Assembly (NCBI GenBank): GCA_028286645.1
Contig: JAQBRF010000002.1
Coordinates: 1-56,517 of the forward strand
Direction: 5' to 3'
DNA length: 56,517 nucleotides
Source: Candidatus Nomurabacteria bacterium
GTDB lineage: Bacteria; Patescibacteriota; Minisyncoccia; Phycocordibacterales; UBA5272
Below are positions 24,503-33,549 of this stretch, piece by piece (the stretch's first letter is position 1; every line of letters starts with the position of its first letter). A program made the translations under genes and the position numbers. Below the pieces are notes generated by a model. The model had not been told where the DNA came from. It was given only the letters and a program-made list of their open reading frames with translations, and did no database searches.

Positions 24503-26368
24503 TTACTTGTCTACTACAATTCCTGAATTTACACCTAGGGATTCATTTGATAATTTGGTGGTAAGCGCCGATATCGTGGTACGAAGGTGAGCTTTTGAAG
24601 TTTCTTCATCAGCATCCAATACTATCCCAGAAGTAATAGAAGGAGACTTTCCTGCATGACTCTGAGAAGGTTTAACAGTGAGCCCTATATCCCCTGTGGT
24701 AGTTTTTCCTGCATCAATACGCCCTATATTCCATGTAACCGTCCTAGTATTTGGCTCATATGTAATAGCAGCATTATCGGAGGTTACCCCTCTCCAGGAA
24801 ACATATATTGGAAGTACGAATGATACCTTTGAATTCACCAAAGCATTTTGCGCAGAAACAACTATATGAGCTGTATATGTCGTATCTTTATTTACTACAG
24901 GAGGAATCGGCCCTGTATTAGTAAATGTAGATATTTTATAATGAGTCTCTGCATTTATCGTGGCGCTTCCTTGAACCACCCAAGACTTATTAACTTTTGC
25001 CACTACATCATTACTGGATTGAAGGGAGCCAGCTCCTGTTATCCCTACTTTAAGCGACGGTGAATTTGTTCCTTTTAGAACTATAGGAATAACGACCCTT
25101 ACGTAACTTTCTTTATGTGGCGGCAATGATTGGAAGTCAGGAATAATACTTTTATCCCAAGTTATTGTTCTGGAAGCCGAGTCATAATACCCTGTGCCTG
25201 GATCAATTTGATTATAAAGCGGCGCATCTCCATCAATATTTAAAGTAAGCTTTACATTCTGAATAGGCGTATCGCTGCTGTTAGTATATGTAATCGTAAG
25301 AGTGGCACTGTCTCCGTATCTTAATGTCTCCGCCTGGCCCCTATCAGTATCTAAAGCTACTTTGAATGAAAGCGGTGAAGATCTTAAGTGAATATCATAC
25401 ACCTGAGAAGAATATACTATGCCGATAGTATTTATGTTACCCCCCTGAGAACCGATTATAGCCTTCATGGTACCTGTTTCGCCACCGGAACCAGAAAGAG
25501 CTCCTGAGAAACCAATTTTATATGTCGAACCGCTCTCGATAGCGGGGATCTGCCATGTGGGGCCATATCCGGATTGCTTTGGGCTAGAACTATTAAATGT
25601 AAAATTTGCCGGGAGAGTTAAAAGAAGTAAGCTGGGAAGCGAGGTGGTGGCAGTATTATTTGTTACTATCATGGAAAAATCTCCGTTTTGATCAGCTGAT
25701 AATGTATCAGGCCCCGAAAGTACTATAGACAGGGGTGGAGTTTTTAAAACTACAGAGGAAGTAATGGTCTTGCTAAAAATCGCATTTGATCCGCTGACCT
25801 TATAATCCAACTTTAATGTGACGTCTCTTGCTTCCGCCTCACTTCCATAAAGTGTTATTTTAAAATCCTGTTTTTTATATTCATCCGGATTTATTGTCCC
25901 TATAACTCTTTTTTCTTGAACTTTTTCCTGTTGATCTTGTGATCCCACCCCCTGCTTATAAATAAGAGTAAGGGAAGCACTTTCTAATAGAACGCTATTT
26001 TTATTATGAATAGTTACAGTTACTGGTATTTCTTCTCCTCCGGAAATTGTAGGGGCTACATCAGCCGTCATTTCAATATTATTGCTAGATACAATATTTC
26101 TAGAGGATAAAATCCTCCAAGACGTAAACAAAAGAGCAAGCAGCAATATAATGCCTGAAATAATTAAAAACTTAGCGCCAAAAGATAAGCCTTCATTCTT
26201 CTTTAGCTCTTTTATAATTTGAGTATTTTCACCCCAAGAAGTCGGAAGCTCTACCTCGCGACGATTCTTCACTCTATGGACAGAGATTGATTCCTCCTTT
26301 TTCTTTGGATCATATAATTGGTGCTCAATGGAATCTAAAGCACTATTTTCTTCAAACGAATCGTTCAT
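24503..26368 (-). CDS. Large single-pass surface protein with beta-rich (Ig/DUF11-like) ectodomain
   Basis: 621 aa with a cytosolic N-terminus, TM FGAKFLIISGIILLLALLF, and a long Ser/Thr/Gly-rich repetitive beta-strand-type sequence. TGtTATACT lies 6 nt before the ATG. Confidence 0.5.
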   Translation of the reverse strand: MNDSFEENSALDSIEHQLYDPKKKEESISVHRVKNRREVELPTSWGENTQIIKELKKNEGLSFGAKFLIISGIILLLALLFTSWRILSSRNIVSSNNIEMTADVAPTISGGEEIPVTVTIHNKNSVLLESASLTLIYKQGVGSQDQQEKVQEKRVIGTINPDEYKKQDFKITLYGSEAEARDVTLKLDYKVSGSNAIFSKTITSSVVLKTPPLSIVLSGPDTLSADQNGDFSMIVTNNTATTSLPSLLLLTLPANFTFNSSSPKQSGYGPTWQIPAIESGSTYKIGFSGALSGSGGETGTMKAIIGSQGGNINTIGIVYSSQVYDIHLRSSPLSFKVALDTDRGQAETLRYGDSATLTITYTNSSDTPIQNVKLTLNIDGDAPLYNQIDPGTGYYDSASRTITWDKSIIPDFQSLPPHKESYVRVVIPIVLKGTNSPSLKVGITGAGSLQSSNDVVAKVNKSWVVQGSATINAETHYKISTFTNTGPIPPVVNKDTTYTAHIVVSAQNALVNSKVSFVLPIYVSWRGVTSDNAAITYEPNTRTVTWNIGRIDAGKTTTGDIGLTVKPSQSHAGKSPSITSGIVLDADEETSKAHLRTTISALTTKLSNESLGVNSGIVVDK

Positions 26369-26465
26369 ATTACTAGTATAACAGGGGCAGTCGGTAGCGG
26401 GTAGCGTTTAGAAAAGGAAATACGCATTTCTTTATAAGAATTTATTCCAACTCCGCCTATTCTAT

Positions 26466-27020
26466 CTATAACTGAATTTCCTTGAGGACGAGAGAGACGT
26501 GGGAGTGCACATCTTTATATGCAAGCGTTAGGTGGGTATATATATCGTCCATACTCCAGGAAATATATTCCTTCATGTTTTTGGCGCCTATAGCTTTAAT
26601 ATCTGCATATCCTAAATCTACTAAAATTATATAATAAAGAAGCACCTTTGCTTTTGAAGGTTCGTAAGTAGTGAACTTCTGAAAAAACTCGCCCAGCCTG
26701 TCGTATAAAATCTTGTGTTCTCCTTCGCCACGAATAAGCCTTCTAATAATTTTAATTGCTTCTTGTACAGCTTCTCCTTTAGCTTTTTGATTTTCTGCCC
26801 CCACCAATCTCCATACCTCCTTACCTTTCACTAAGGTAACTAGCCCCACTCTTCCCGGGAGCACATGGGCACGCAATTTGCTGGCAAGCTTTCGTATGCT
26901 TCTTGCATGGACCATTACCATTCCAAATTCTCGGGTAAATAACTTTATTACACGATCATGCTCTCCTTGATCAAAAGCATCTATGACAATACTTTCGGTT
27001 GTATGTTTTTCAATAGCCAT
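26466..27020 (-). CDS. recO: DNA repair protein RecO (short form)
   Basis: The N-terminal OB-like segment ESIVIDAFDQGEHDRVIKLFTREFGMVMVHARSIRK...LVKGKEVWRL resembles RecO. Confidence 0.55.
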   Translation of the reverse strand: MAIEKHTTESIVIDAFDQGEHDRVIKLFTREFGMVMVHARSIRKLASKLRAHVLPGRVGLVTLVKGKEVWRLVGAENQKAKGEAVQEAIKIIRRLIRGEGEHKILYDRLGEFFQKFTTYEPSKAKVLLYYIILVDLGYADIKAIGAKNMKEYISWSMDDIYTHLTLAYKDVHSHVSLVLKEIQL

Positions 27021-27067
27021 GGGAATGGATTTTAGACATTAGATTTTAGATGGGGAAAAATCACTAA

Positions 27068-30000
27068 TTAAAACTCGAAAGAAATTTCACCGGAAGATAC
27101 TTCGACTTTATTTTTTAATTCATCTTGAGTAATTTTAATTTCTGAAATATTACAGATCTTTTTCAAATCATCCAAAGATTCATCATCAAAAGAAGACTGG
27201 AGTGTGAGAATAACTTTATCTTTTGGCGATAATCCCATTTCCTTTCTCTTATCTTGAATGGCTCGGATTAATTCACGTACATCCCCTTCCTTTTTTAATT
27301 CCTCAGTTAAATTTAAATCTAAAGATACCACACTGTCGCCCTCTGAGCCAACTATTATCTCTTTTACATTTACTTCTTCTTTTATTAACTGATGATATTT
27401 AACTGAAATGTTTTTGATAGTGGTCAAAGTTTGAAGAGGCTGACGCACAGAAATTTTACTCTTGGTTCTTTCCATTAAAGCTTGAGACACGACATCTCGA
27501 ACTTCCTGCATTTCGGATATGATTTCCGATTCTACTTCTCCACCCTTTGGCCAACTTTCTAAGTGAACACTTTCTTTTTCTCCTCCAACTGCTTTATATA
27601 TTCTTTCTGATATAAATGGCATGACGGGAGCCATTACTTTTGAAAGCTCTAGAAGAACGTAAGTAAGCGTTACATATGCGTTCTTTTGTTCGTCTTCCCC
27701 ATCATCCCCCTTTAATCTACTTCGTGAGCGTCTTACATACCATACGGATAAATCATCAATTAATTGCTCAAGCGGACGCACAGCTTCATCAATTTTATAA
27801 CTGTCATAAGATAATGTTGCTGATTTTATAACCTCATGGATACGGCTTAGTATCCACTTGTCTATAACAGCATCTGAAGTGAGAGGAGAAGTGATTTGAA
27901 TCTTATTCATTTCATAAAGAGATACTACATTTTCCAATCTAGAAATTAACTTTTTATATACAGACGAGACATTTTCGTCATCAAACTCTACATTCTCGCC
28001 TTTTACTAAAGGACTAGAGATAAGAGCATATCTAATAGCATCAGCTCCGTACTTTTCAATCAATACCATAGGATCGGTGTAGTTCCCTTCTCTTTTTGAA
28101 AGTTTTGCGCCTGACTTTGCCATTACCCACCCGGTAACTATCACATGCTTATATGGAGCTCTGTTGAATAACCCCACCCCTAAATTAAGAAGCGAGTAAA
28201 ACCACCCCCTCGTCTGGTCCATAGCCTCACCAATAAAGTCTGCCGGGTATGCTGTATCAAATAAATCTTTGTTCTCAAATGGATAATGAATAGACGCAAA
28301 CGGCATTGATCCTGATTCGAACCAGCAGTCAAACACATCGGGAATTCTTTTCATTTCGCCTCCGCAATCACAAGTAAATTTAAAATCATCAATATATGGA
28401 CGATGAAGATTAATAACTCCTGTTTCATCTCTAGGAATCACCTTGGGAACAAGCTCACGAGCAACGGCGTTAGGCATCCAATCCCCAGGACCCAGATTAA
28501 TCATTTCATTATTTATATCGCTGTCAGTCCTTAAAGTTACTCCAGAAGAAAGCATCCAACCTGGACCTCCGTGAGTAATTATTAAAATATTTTTACCTTT
28601 ATATTTCTTTTCTAAGTCATACCACGCGGACATTACCCTTTTCATTAGCTCTCGGTGAGTCTCACCATCTTTTATTTCAGAATCTAAATTTATTTCTTTA
28701 AATGTGCCGTGATAATCAGATATTGGCCTTTTATCAAAAACCCCTAGATTAAATTCCTTCAGCCTTTCCTCCTCAATTATTTCTATCCCGCCTAATGATT
28801 TACTAACTATTTCCGCCGTCTCTTTGGTACGAAGAAATGGAGATGCGACGATTAAATCAATTTTTTCGTTTAACGCTTCTTTTACTTTTTCTGCTTGGCT
28901 TCTTCCATTCTCGGTGAGATGATTATTTGGGTCACCACTACAATCTATTACGCCATTTTGATTGCTAATTGCTTCTCCATGGCGCATTATAAAATATTTA
29001 TTATTAGCCTCTCTTCCTTCTGAAAGTTCTTCTAGAGATCCTATCACCTTTATTTTTTCACATTCTTCACATTTCCATACAGGAAGCGGCGCCCCCCAAT
29101 ATCGTGCGCGAGACACGGCCCATTCTCGTGCTCCTTCTAACCACTTTCCAAAACGCCCATCGCGCACATGTTCTGGCGTCCATCCAATTTTAGAATTCTC
29201 TTCGAGTAATTTATCCTTCATCTTAGGTACATCCACGAACCATGATGATGTTGCATACTGAATTAGCGGAGTCTTACATCTCCAACAAAGCGGGTACGAG
29301 TGGATTATTTTATGCTTTTCGAAAAGTAATCCGTGGTGCGCTAAATATTTTATTATTTCAATGTCCGCTGATTGCGTGTCATTTACTTGTTTTACCTTCA
29401 TCTGGGCAAAGTCAGTAACTTCAGAAATAAATCTCCCATCCATAGTTACATGCTTTATAATTGGAATATTATTTTGCTTTGCTAATTCCATGTCTTCCGC
29501 ACCAAATGCTGGCGCTTCGTGAGCTATCCCAGTTCCTGTATCTAATGTAATAAAATCTGCATGCCAGGTTTTCCAAATGTTTTCCTTATTTTCTAATTCT
29601 GTATCTTTGAAATATGGAAATACCGGAAGGTAAGATTTACCGAGCAGCTTTTCTCCCTTGAAGGTATCTACAACTTCGTATTTATGATCCTTTAGTACTT
29701 CTTCGACTCTTTCTTTTGCCAATATATATATGCCTTCCATTCCATCAACTTTTACTTTTTCATAATCAGCATCCTTATGAAGAGCAAGAGCGGTATTGCC
29801 TGGTAGCGTCCAAGGGGTCGTAGTCCAAGCTAAAATAAATGTTCCCGGTTCGTCTGTTAGCTCAAACTTAGCAGTTACAGAAATATCCGTAACATCATGA
29901 TATTCTAATCCCACTTCAGATTGAGCAAGAGGAGTCTCGCACCTCGGACAAATGTGCATCATTTTAAATCCTTCATAAGCTAAACCTTTTTTCCATAACT

Positions 30001-30499
30001 CATTCCACGCCCACCAAATACTTTCGGTATAAGTTGCGTCCATGGTTTTATATGGATGATCCATGTCCACCCATCTTCCAAGTCGAGGGATTACCCCCCT
30101 CCACTCTTCTTCGTATTTAAGAACTGACTCATATGCATCGCGATTAAATTTATCAATACCAAACTCTTCAATATCTTTTTTACTATTTAAATTAAGTTTC
30201 TTCTCTATTAGATTTTCTATCGGAAGACCGTGGCAATCCCATCCCCAAACTCGGCGAACACGCTTTCCGTTCATAGTTTGGTATCGTGGGACAGCATCTT
30301 TTACAACACTTTGAAGTATGTGGCCATAATGAGGAAGTCCCGTAGCAAATGGAGGACCATCGTAAAAAGAGAAATCTCCCCTTGGCTCGTCTCCCGCTGG
30401 AGTTTCTAGCGACTTTCCAAAAATGTTATTTTCATTCCAAAAAGCTAGTACTTCTTTTTCTTTTTCGCTTATTGTTTTTTGTTTGTTTGGTTCTTGCAT
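27068..30499 (-). CDS. ileS: Isoleucyl-tRNA synthetase (type 2-like) with an inserted histidine-phosphatase domain
   Basis: PHYGHIL (HIGH), TTTPWTLPGN editing motif, WAVSRARYWG, DVFDCWFESGSMPF, DQTRGWFYS, KLSKR (KMSKS). Start set at the ATG at 30499, because the 33 upstream codons of the listed ORF are the T-box leader. Confidence 0.95.
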   Translation of the reverse strand: MQEPNKQKTISEKEKEVLAFWNENNIFGKSLETPAGDEPRGDFSFYDGPPFATGLPHYGHILQSVVKDAVPRYQTMNGKRVRRVWGWDCHGLPIENLIEKKLNLNSKKDIEEFGIDKFNRDAYESVLKYEEEWRGVIPRLGRWVDMDHPYKTMDATYTESIWWAWNELWKKGLAYEGFKMMHICPRCETPLAQSEVGLEYHDVTDISVTAKFELTDEPGTFILAWTTTPWTLPGNTALALHKDADYEKVKVDGMEGIYILAKERVEEVLKDHKYEVVDTFKGEKLLGKSYLPVFPYFKDTELENKENIWKTWHADFITLDTGTGIAHEAPAFGAEDMELAKQNNIPIIKHVTMDGRFISEVTDFAQMKVKQVNDTQSADIEIIKYLAHHGLLFEKHKIIHSYPLCWRCKTPLIQYATSSWFVDVPKMKDKLLEENSKIGWTPEHVRDGRFGKWLEGAREWAVSRARYWGAPLPVWKCEECEKIKVIGSLEELSEGREANNKYFIMRHGEAISNQNGVIDCSGDPNNHLTENGRSQAEKVKEALNEKIDLIVASPFLRTKETAEIVSKSLGGIEIIEEERLKEFNLGVFDKRPISDYHGTFKEINLDSEIKDGETHRELMKRVMSAWYDLEKKYKGKNILIITHGGPGWMLSSGVTLRTDSDINNEMINLGPGDWMPNAVARELVPKVIPRDETGVINLHRPYIDDFKFTCDCGGEMKRIPDVFDCWFESGSMPFASIHYPFENKDLFDTAYPADFIGEAMDQTRGWFYSLLNLGVGLFNRAPYKHVIVTGWVMAKSGAKLSKREGNYTDPMVLIEKYGADAIRYALISSPLVKGENVEFDDENVSSVYKKLISRLENVVSLYEMNKIQITSPLTSDAVIDKWILSRIHEVIKSATLSYDSYKIDEAVRPLEQLIDDLSVWYVRRSRSRLKGDDGEDEQKNAYVTLTYVLLELSKVMAPVMPFISERIYKAVGGEKESVHLESWPKGGEVESEIISEMQEVRDVVSQALMERTKSKISVRQPLQTLTTIKNISVKYHQLIKEEVNVKEIIVGSEGDSVVSLDLNLTEELKKEGDVRELIRAIQDKRKEMGLSPKDKVILTLQSSFDDESLDDLKKICNISEIKITQDELKNKVEVSSGEISFEF

Positions 30500-30690
30500 A
30501 GATAAAAATAAAACTCGTCCTTGAGAAACAACCAAAGGTTGCTTTCCAAGGACGAGCGCTATATTCGCGATCGTGGTACCACCTTGATTCTCCCTCACAA
30601 ATGTTCGGGACTCATTTATGGGCTCTACGTTCCGTAATTTACGGAGTTCTTCCCGAAGCTCAGGGGTGATTAGTCCCGTCGTCGCTATAT
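30500..30690 (-). promoter_or_regulatory. T-box riboswitch leader of ileS (antiterminator/terminator)
   Basis: The minus strand shows AAUCAAGGUGGUACCACG (30572-30590). The terminator is CUCGUCCUUG/CAAGGACGAG (30514-30523 with 30548-30557) plus a U-tract. An alternative antiterminator pairing is CGAUCGC/GCGCUCG with CAAGG/CCUUG. Confidence 0.75.
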
Positions 30691-30694
30691 ATTT

Positions 30695-30722
30695 ATCTTA
30701 CATCAGGAGGATAAAAAGTAAA
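30695..30722 (-). promoter_or_regulatory. Candidate promoter of the ileS leader
   Basis: Minus strand TTTACT (30717-30722), 16-nt spacer, TAAGAT (30695-30700). Confidence 0.35.
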
Positions 30723-30731
30723 GAGCTCTCG

Positions 30732-30840
30732 ACTCCACGGCAGCGGAGTGATTTCTCGCCCTGGCCTACAGGAAAAATTTACTCACAACTCCATGGTCGT
30801 TGGAGTGATTTCTCGCTCATGCAATCCGGCGAGAAATCAC
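30732..30840. repeat. Repeated hairpin modules in the argS-ileS spacer
   Basis: ACTCCacggcagcGGAGTGATTTCTCGCC (30732-30760) and ACTCCAtggtcgtTGGAGTGATTTCTCGCT (30788-30817) are direct copies. GCGAGAAATCAC (30829-30840, overlapping the argS stop) is the inverted partner of GTGATTTCTCGC. Confidence 0.6.
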
Positions 30841-32558
30841 ATTTTCTCGGGAGCTTCTACGGCGATCATATTTAAAGACTTTTTTAATACTAATGATACG
30901 GAGTTAACAATTGCCAGCCGATGTGGAGTAGCTTGATCGCCTTCTACGATAATTGGAGTTGTCGCATAATAATTATTAAATAACTGAGATAGGTCAAATA
31001 AATATTTAACTATGTGTTGCGGAGATATTTCTTCTATTGCTCTAATAGCCAAACTTTCAAAATGGATTAATTTTCTTTCAAGCGTAGTGATATTTTGTTC
31101 ATTACTATAAGAAGGTGAACTATTTAAACTTTCAGATTTCTCTAACAGCGAGCGGGCGCGGGCGTATGTATATTGCACATATGGACCCGAGTCTCCCTCA
31201 AAAGAAAGGGATGTTTCTGGATCAAAGTTAATGTTGCTTCCAAGTTTAGAGCGTAAAATAGAAAACTTAAGGGCAGCGAGCGCCACTTGCTTATATACTT
31301 TTTCTTTTTCAATTTCTTCTAAGCCCTGTAACTTTTCACTTCCTATATTTTTTACTTCTTCTATTACAGTATTGATAACGTCCATTGCGAGAGGTACCCC
31401 GCCTAAACGCGATGACATTTTCTCTCCTTTAAAAGTCATTCGTCCGTGAGGAATATGCTGACTTTTTTCTGCCCAGTTCTTTTCTATCTTTTCTGCAGCA
31501 GCAAGTACCACTTTAAAATGCGTGGTTTGTTCATTGTCTGTCACAAACAATGAGTAATCAGGATCAAATTTCTCAAACTTATAAGACAGCAGTCCGATAT
31601 CTTTGGCTTCATAGGTAGGATTGCCTTGGCTATTAATAAATACAAGAGTATTTAAATCTTTTCTTTCTTCTGGCGGAATATAAACTATTGCCCCTTCGCT
31701 TTTAGTAAATACTTCAGGTGTGTATTTAAGAACTATTTCTTTTCCAAGATCCCCTGCTTGAGATTCATAGTAGAAATCATCAAAGTGAGAGCCCAGAGAA
31801 TCCATTAATGAAATAAAGTATTCCATATTGAACTTCTTTGCCTTTTCATAAATCTCCAACTCTTTGCTTTCTGTCTTAGAATATAACTTTTGCGCAATGC
31901 TTTTTATTTCCTTTTGCAAGTCTGGGTACTTTTCGTAGTGAGCGACTCCTTCTACATAAGACTTTCCTAAGTATGCGACTATCTCTTCTTTATCTTTTTG
32001 TAAAACTTCTTCAAATTTATCTTCCTCGAGCTTGATTATATAAATAGCTTTCGCGATGCCTAAAGAAATGTCTGATGGAAAGGCAATGGTATTTACTTTG
32101 GCTCCTCCGGCTCTCATTAAATGCCCTACCGCCTCTCCAGTGATATTATTCATTAAATGTCCCACGCTAAAAGGTTTGAAAAGATTCGGAGAAGAATGTT
32201 CTATAAGAATCTTTTTCCCGGTGTATTTGGTTTCAAAGAAAGCCTTTTCTTCAAAATTCCTAATACAATCTCTAATCACTTCGTCATTTAAGGAAAAGTT
32301 TATAAATCCTGGCCCAGCAATTTCTACTTTCGAGATTACATTGCTTTTGTCTTCATTTAATAAGAGCGCTAATTTCTCTGCTGCTTCTTTAGGGGAGCAC
32401 TTTAGTTGTTTCGAAAGTGGGAATGCGACATTTGTAGCAAAGTCCCCATGTGAAGAATCCTCCGGCTGTTCTATCGTAAAAATTATATCATCTATGATAT
32501 TAAGTTTTTTTACTGCTTCATGTACTATTTCTTTTATCTTCCCTGAGATATTTTCCAT
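30837..32558 (-). CDS. argS: Arginyl-tRNA synthetase
   Basis: 573 aa with the N-terminal Arg-tRNA-synthetase additional domain, a class I core (SSPNLFKPFSVGHL), MSSRLGG in the KMSK position, and a DALR-type C-terminus ending ...AVEAPEKM. TAGTAT lies 6 nt before the ATG. Confidence 0.95.
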   Translation of the reverse strand: MENISGKIKEIVHEAVKKLNIIDDIIFTIEQPEDSSHGDFATNVAFPLSKQLKCSPKEAAEKLALLLNEDKSNVISKVEIAGPGFINFSLNDEVIRDCIRNFEEKAFFETKYTGKKILIEHSSPNLFKPFSVGHLMNNITGEAVGHLMRAGGAKVNTIAFPSDISLGIAKAIYIIKLEEDKFEEVLQKDKEEIVAYLGKSYVEGVAHYEKYPDLQKEIKSIAQKLYSKTESKELEIYEKAKKFNMEYFISLMDSLGSHFDDFYYESQAGDLGKEIVLKYTPEVFTKSEGAIVYIPPEERKDLNTLVFINSQGNPTYEAKDIGLLSYKFEKFDPDYSLFVTDNEQTTHFKVVLAAAEKIEKNWAEKSQHIPHGRMTFKGEKMSSRLGGVPLAMDVINTVIEEVKNIGSEKLQGLEEIEKEKVYKQVALAALKFSILRSKLGSNINFDPETSLSFEGDSGPYVQYTYARARSLLEKSESLNSSPSYSNEQNITTLERKLIHFESLAIRAIEEISPQHIVKYLFDLSQLFNNYYATTPIIVEGDQATPHRLAIVNSVSLVLKKSLNMIAVEAPEKM

Positions 32559-32595
32559 CTCCCTATACTACCTTATTTATGGGCTTTTTTACAGG

Positions 32596-32624
32596 TTGCA
32601 CACGGCAAACATTAAGCATATTCT
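32596..32624 (+). promoter_or_regulatory. Sigma70-type promoter of thyA
   Basis: TTGCAC (32596-32601), 17-nt spacer, TATTCT (32619-32624). AAGGA lies before the ATG. Confidence 0.45.
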
Positions 32625-32654
32625 AAATACATACGCATTTACCAAAAGGAATAT

Positions 32655-33449
32655 ATGCGATCCTACCTTGATCTTTTACGGCGTGTGCGAGAAAATGGTG
32701 CTCAGAAAAGAGATCGGACTGGCACAGGGACTCTTTCCATTTTCGGAGAACAACTTCGCTTTGATTTAAATGCGCGTTTTCCGCTTCTAACCACGAAGAA
32801 GGTTTTCCTGAAGGGAGTTATCCACGAATTGCTCTGGTTCTTAAAGGGCGAAACCAACATCGAGTACCTGAAAGAAAATGGTGTAAAGATCTGGGACGAG
32901 TGGGCCGATGAAAACGGCGATCTCGGACCAGTATACGGGTATCAGTGGAGAAGCTGGCCGGCGTCTGATGGCAGGTACATCGACCAGATATCTCAAGTGC
33001 TGGAGCAGCTTCGCACCAATCCCGACTCGCGCCGAATGTGTGTATCAGCATGGAATGTAGCCGACTTAGACGAAATGGCACTCATGCCATGTCACATGTA
33101 TTTTCAGTTCTATGTGGCAGATGGAAGACTTTCGTGCCAGGTCTATCAACGAAGCGCGGACATCTTCCTGGGGGTACCATTCAACATCGCGTCATACGCG
33201 CTGCTTACAATGATGGTCGCACAAGTTTGCGGACTCGCACTCGGGGACTTCGTTCACACCTTTGGTGACACCCATCTTTACTTAAACCACATCAAGCAAG
33301 CAGATGAGCAGCTCACACGAGATCCTCGACCGCTGCCTATCATGCATCTTAACCCTGAGGTAAAAGACCTCTTCGCATTCAAGTATGAGGACTTCACTCT
33401 CGAAGGCTACGATCCGCATCCTGCAATTGCAGGCAAGGTCGCAGTCTGA
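32655..33449 (+). CDS. thyA: Thymidylate synthase ThyA (GC-rich islet 3)
   Basis: 264 aa. [28 protein letters not shown], catalytic Cys in [13 protein letters not shown], and [18 protein letters not shown]. About 55% GC. Confidence 0.95.
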   Translation: MRSYLDLLRRVRENGAQKRDRTGTGTLSIFGEQLRFDLNARFPLLTTKKVFLKGVIHELLWFLKGETNIEYLKENGVKIWDEWADENGDLGPVYGYQWRSWPASDGRYIDQISQVLEQLRTNPDSRRMCVSAWNVADLDEMALMPCHMYFQFYVADGRLSCQVYQRSADIFLGVPFNIASYALLTMMVAQVCGLALGDFVHTFGDTHLYLNHIKQADEQLTRDPRPLPIMHLNPEVKDLFAFKYEDFTLEGYDPHPAIAGKVAV

Positions 33450-33454
33450 ACTTT

Positions 33455-33478
33455 CCGCGCAGGAGTGCGCGGTTTTTT
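33455..33478 (+). terminator. Intrinsic terminator of thyA
   Basis: CCGCGCA-ggag-TGCGCGG followed by TTTTTT. Confidence 0.8.
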
Positions 33479-33500
33479 ATTGCAAAATAAATTTAGCATA

Positions 33501-33530
33501 AAAAATGCCCGTCCTTTCGGCGGGCAAAAA
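33501..33530 (-). terminator. Intrinsic terminator of 33550..34638
   Basis: The minus strand reads UGCCCG-ccgaaagga-CGGGCA followed by UUUUU. Confidence 0.7.
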
Positions 33531-33549
33531 TGTGTTTCCTGCTTCATGG

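Noticed and set aside
30500-30598. 33-codon N-terminal extension of the ileS ORF (GTG at 30598)
   Set aside because: This stretch is the T-box antiterminator/terminator. The IleRS homology starts at the ATG at 30499 (MQEPNKQKTISEKEKEVLAFW).
30837-30839. Alternative genetic code (UGA recoding, as in some CPR lineages)
   Set aside because: TGA terminates argS exactly at the conserved C-terminus, and also ends 33550..34638 and 20120..20473. Long housekeeping ORFs are intact under code 11.
32056-32769. 237-aa plus-strand ORF spanning the argS 5' region and the thyA start
   Set aside because: It is antisense to argS for most of its length and out of frame with thyA. Both real genes are well supported.
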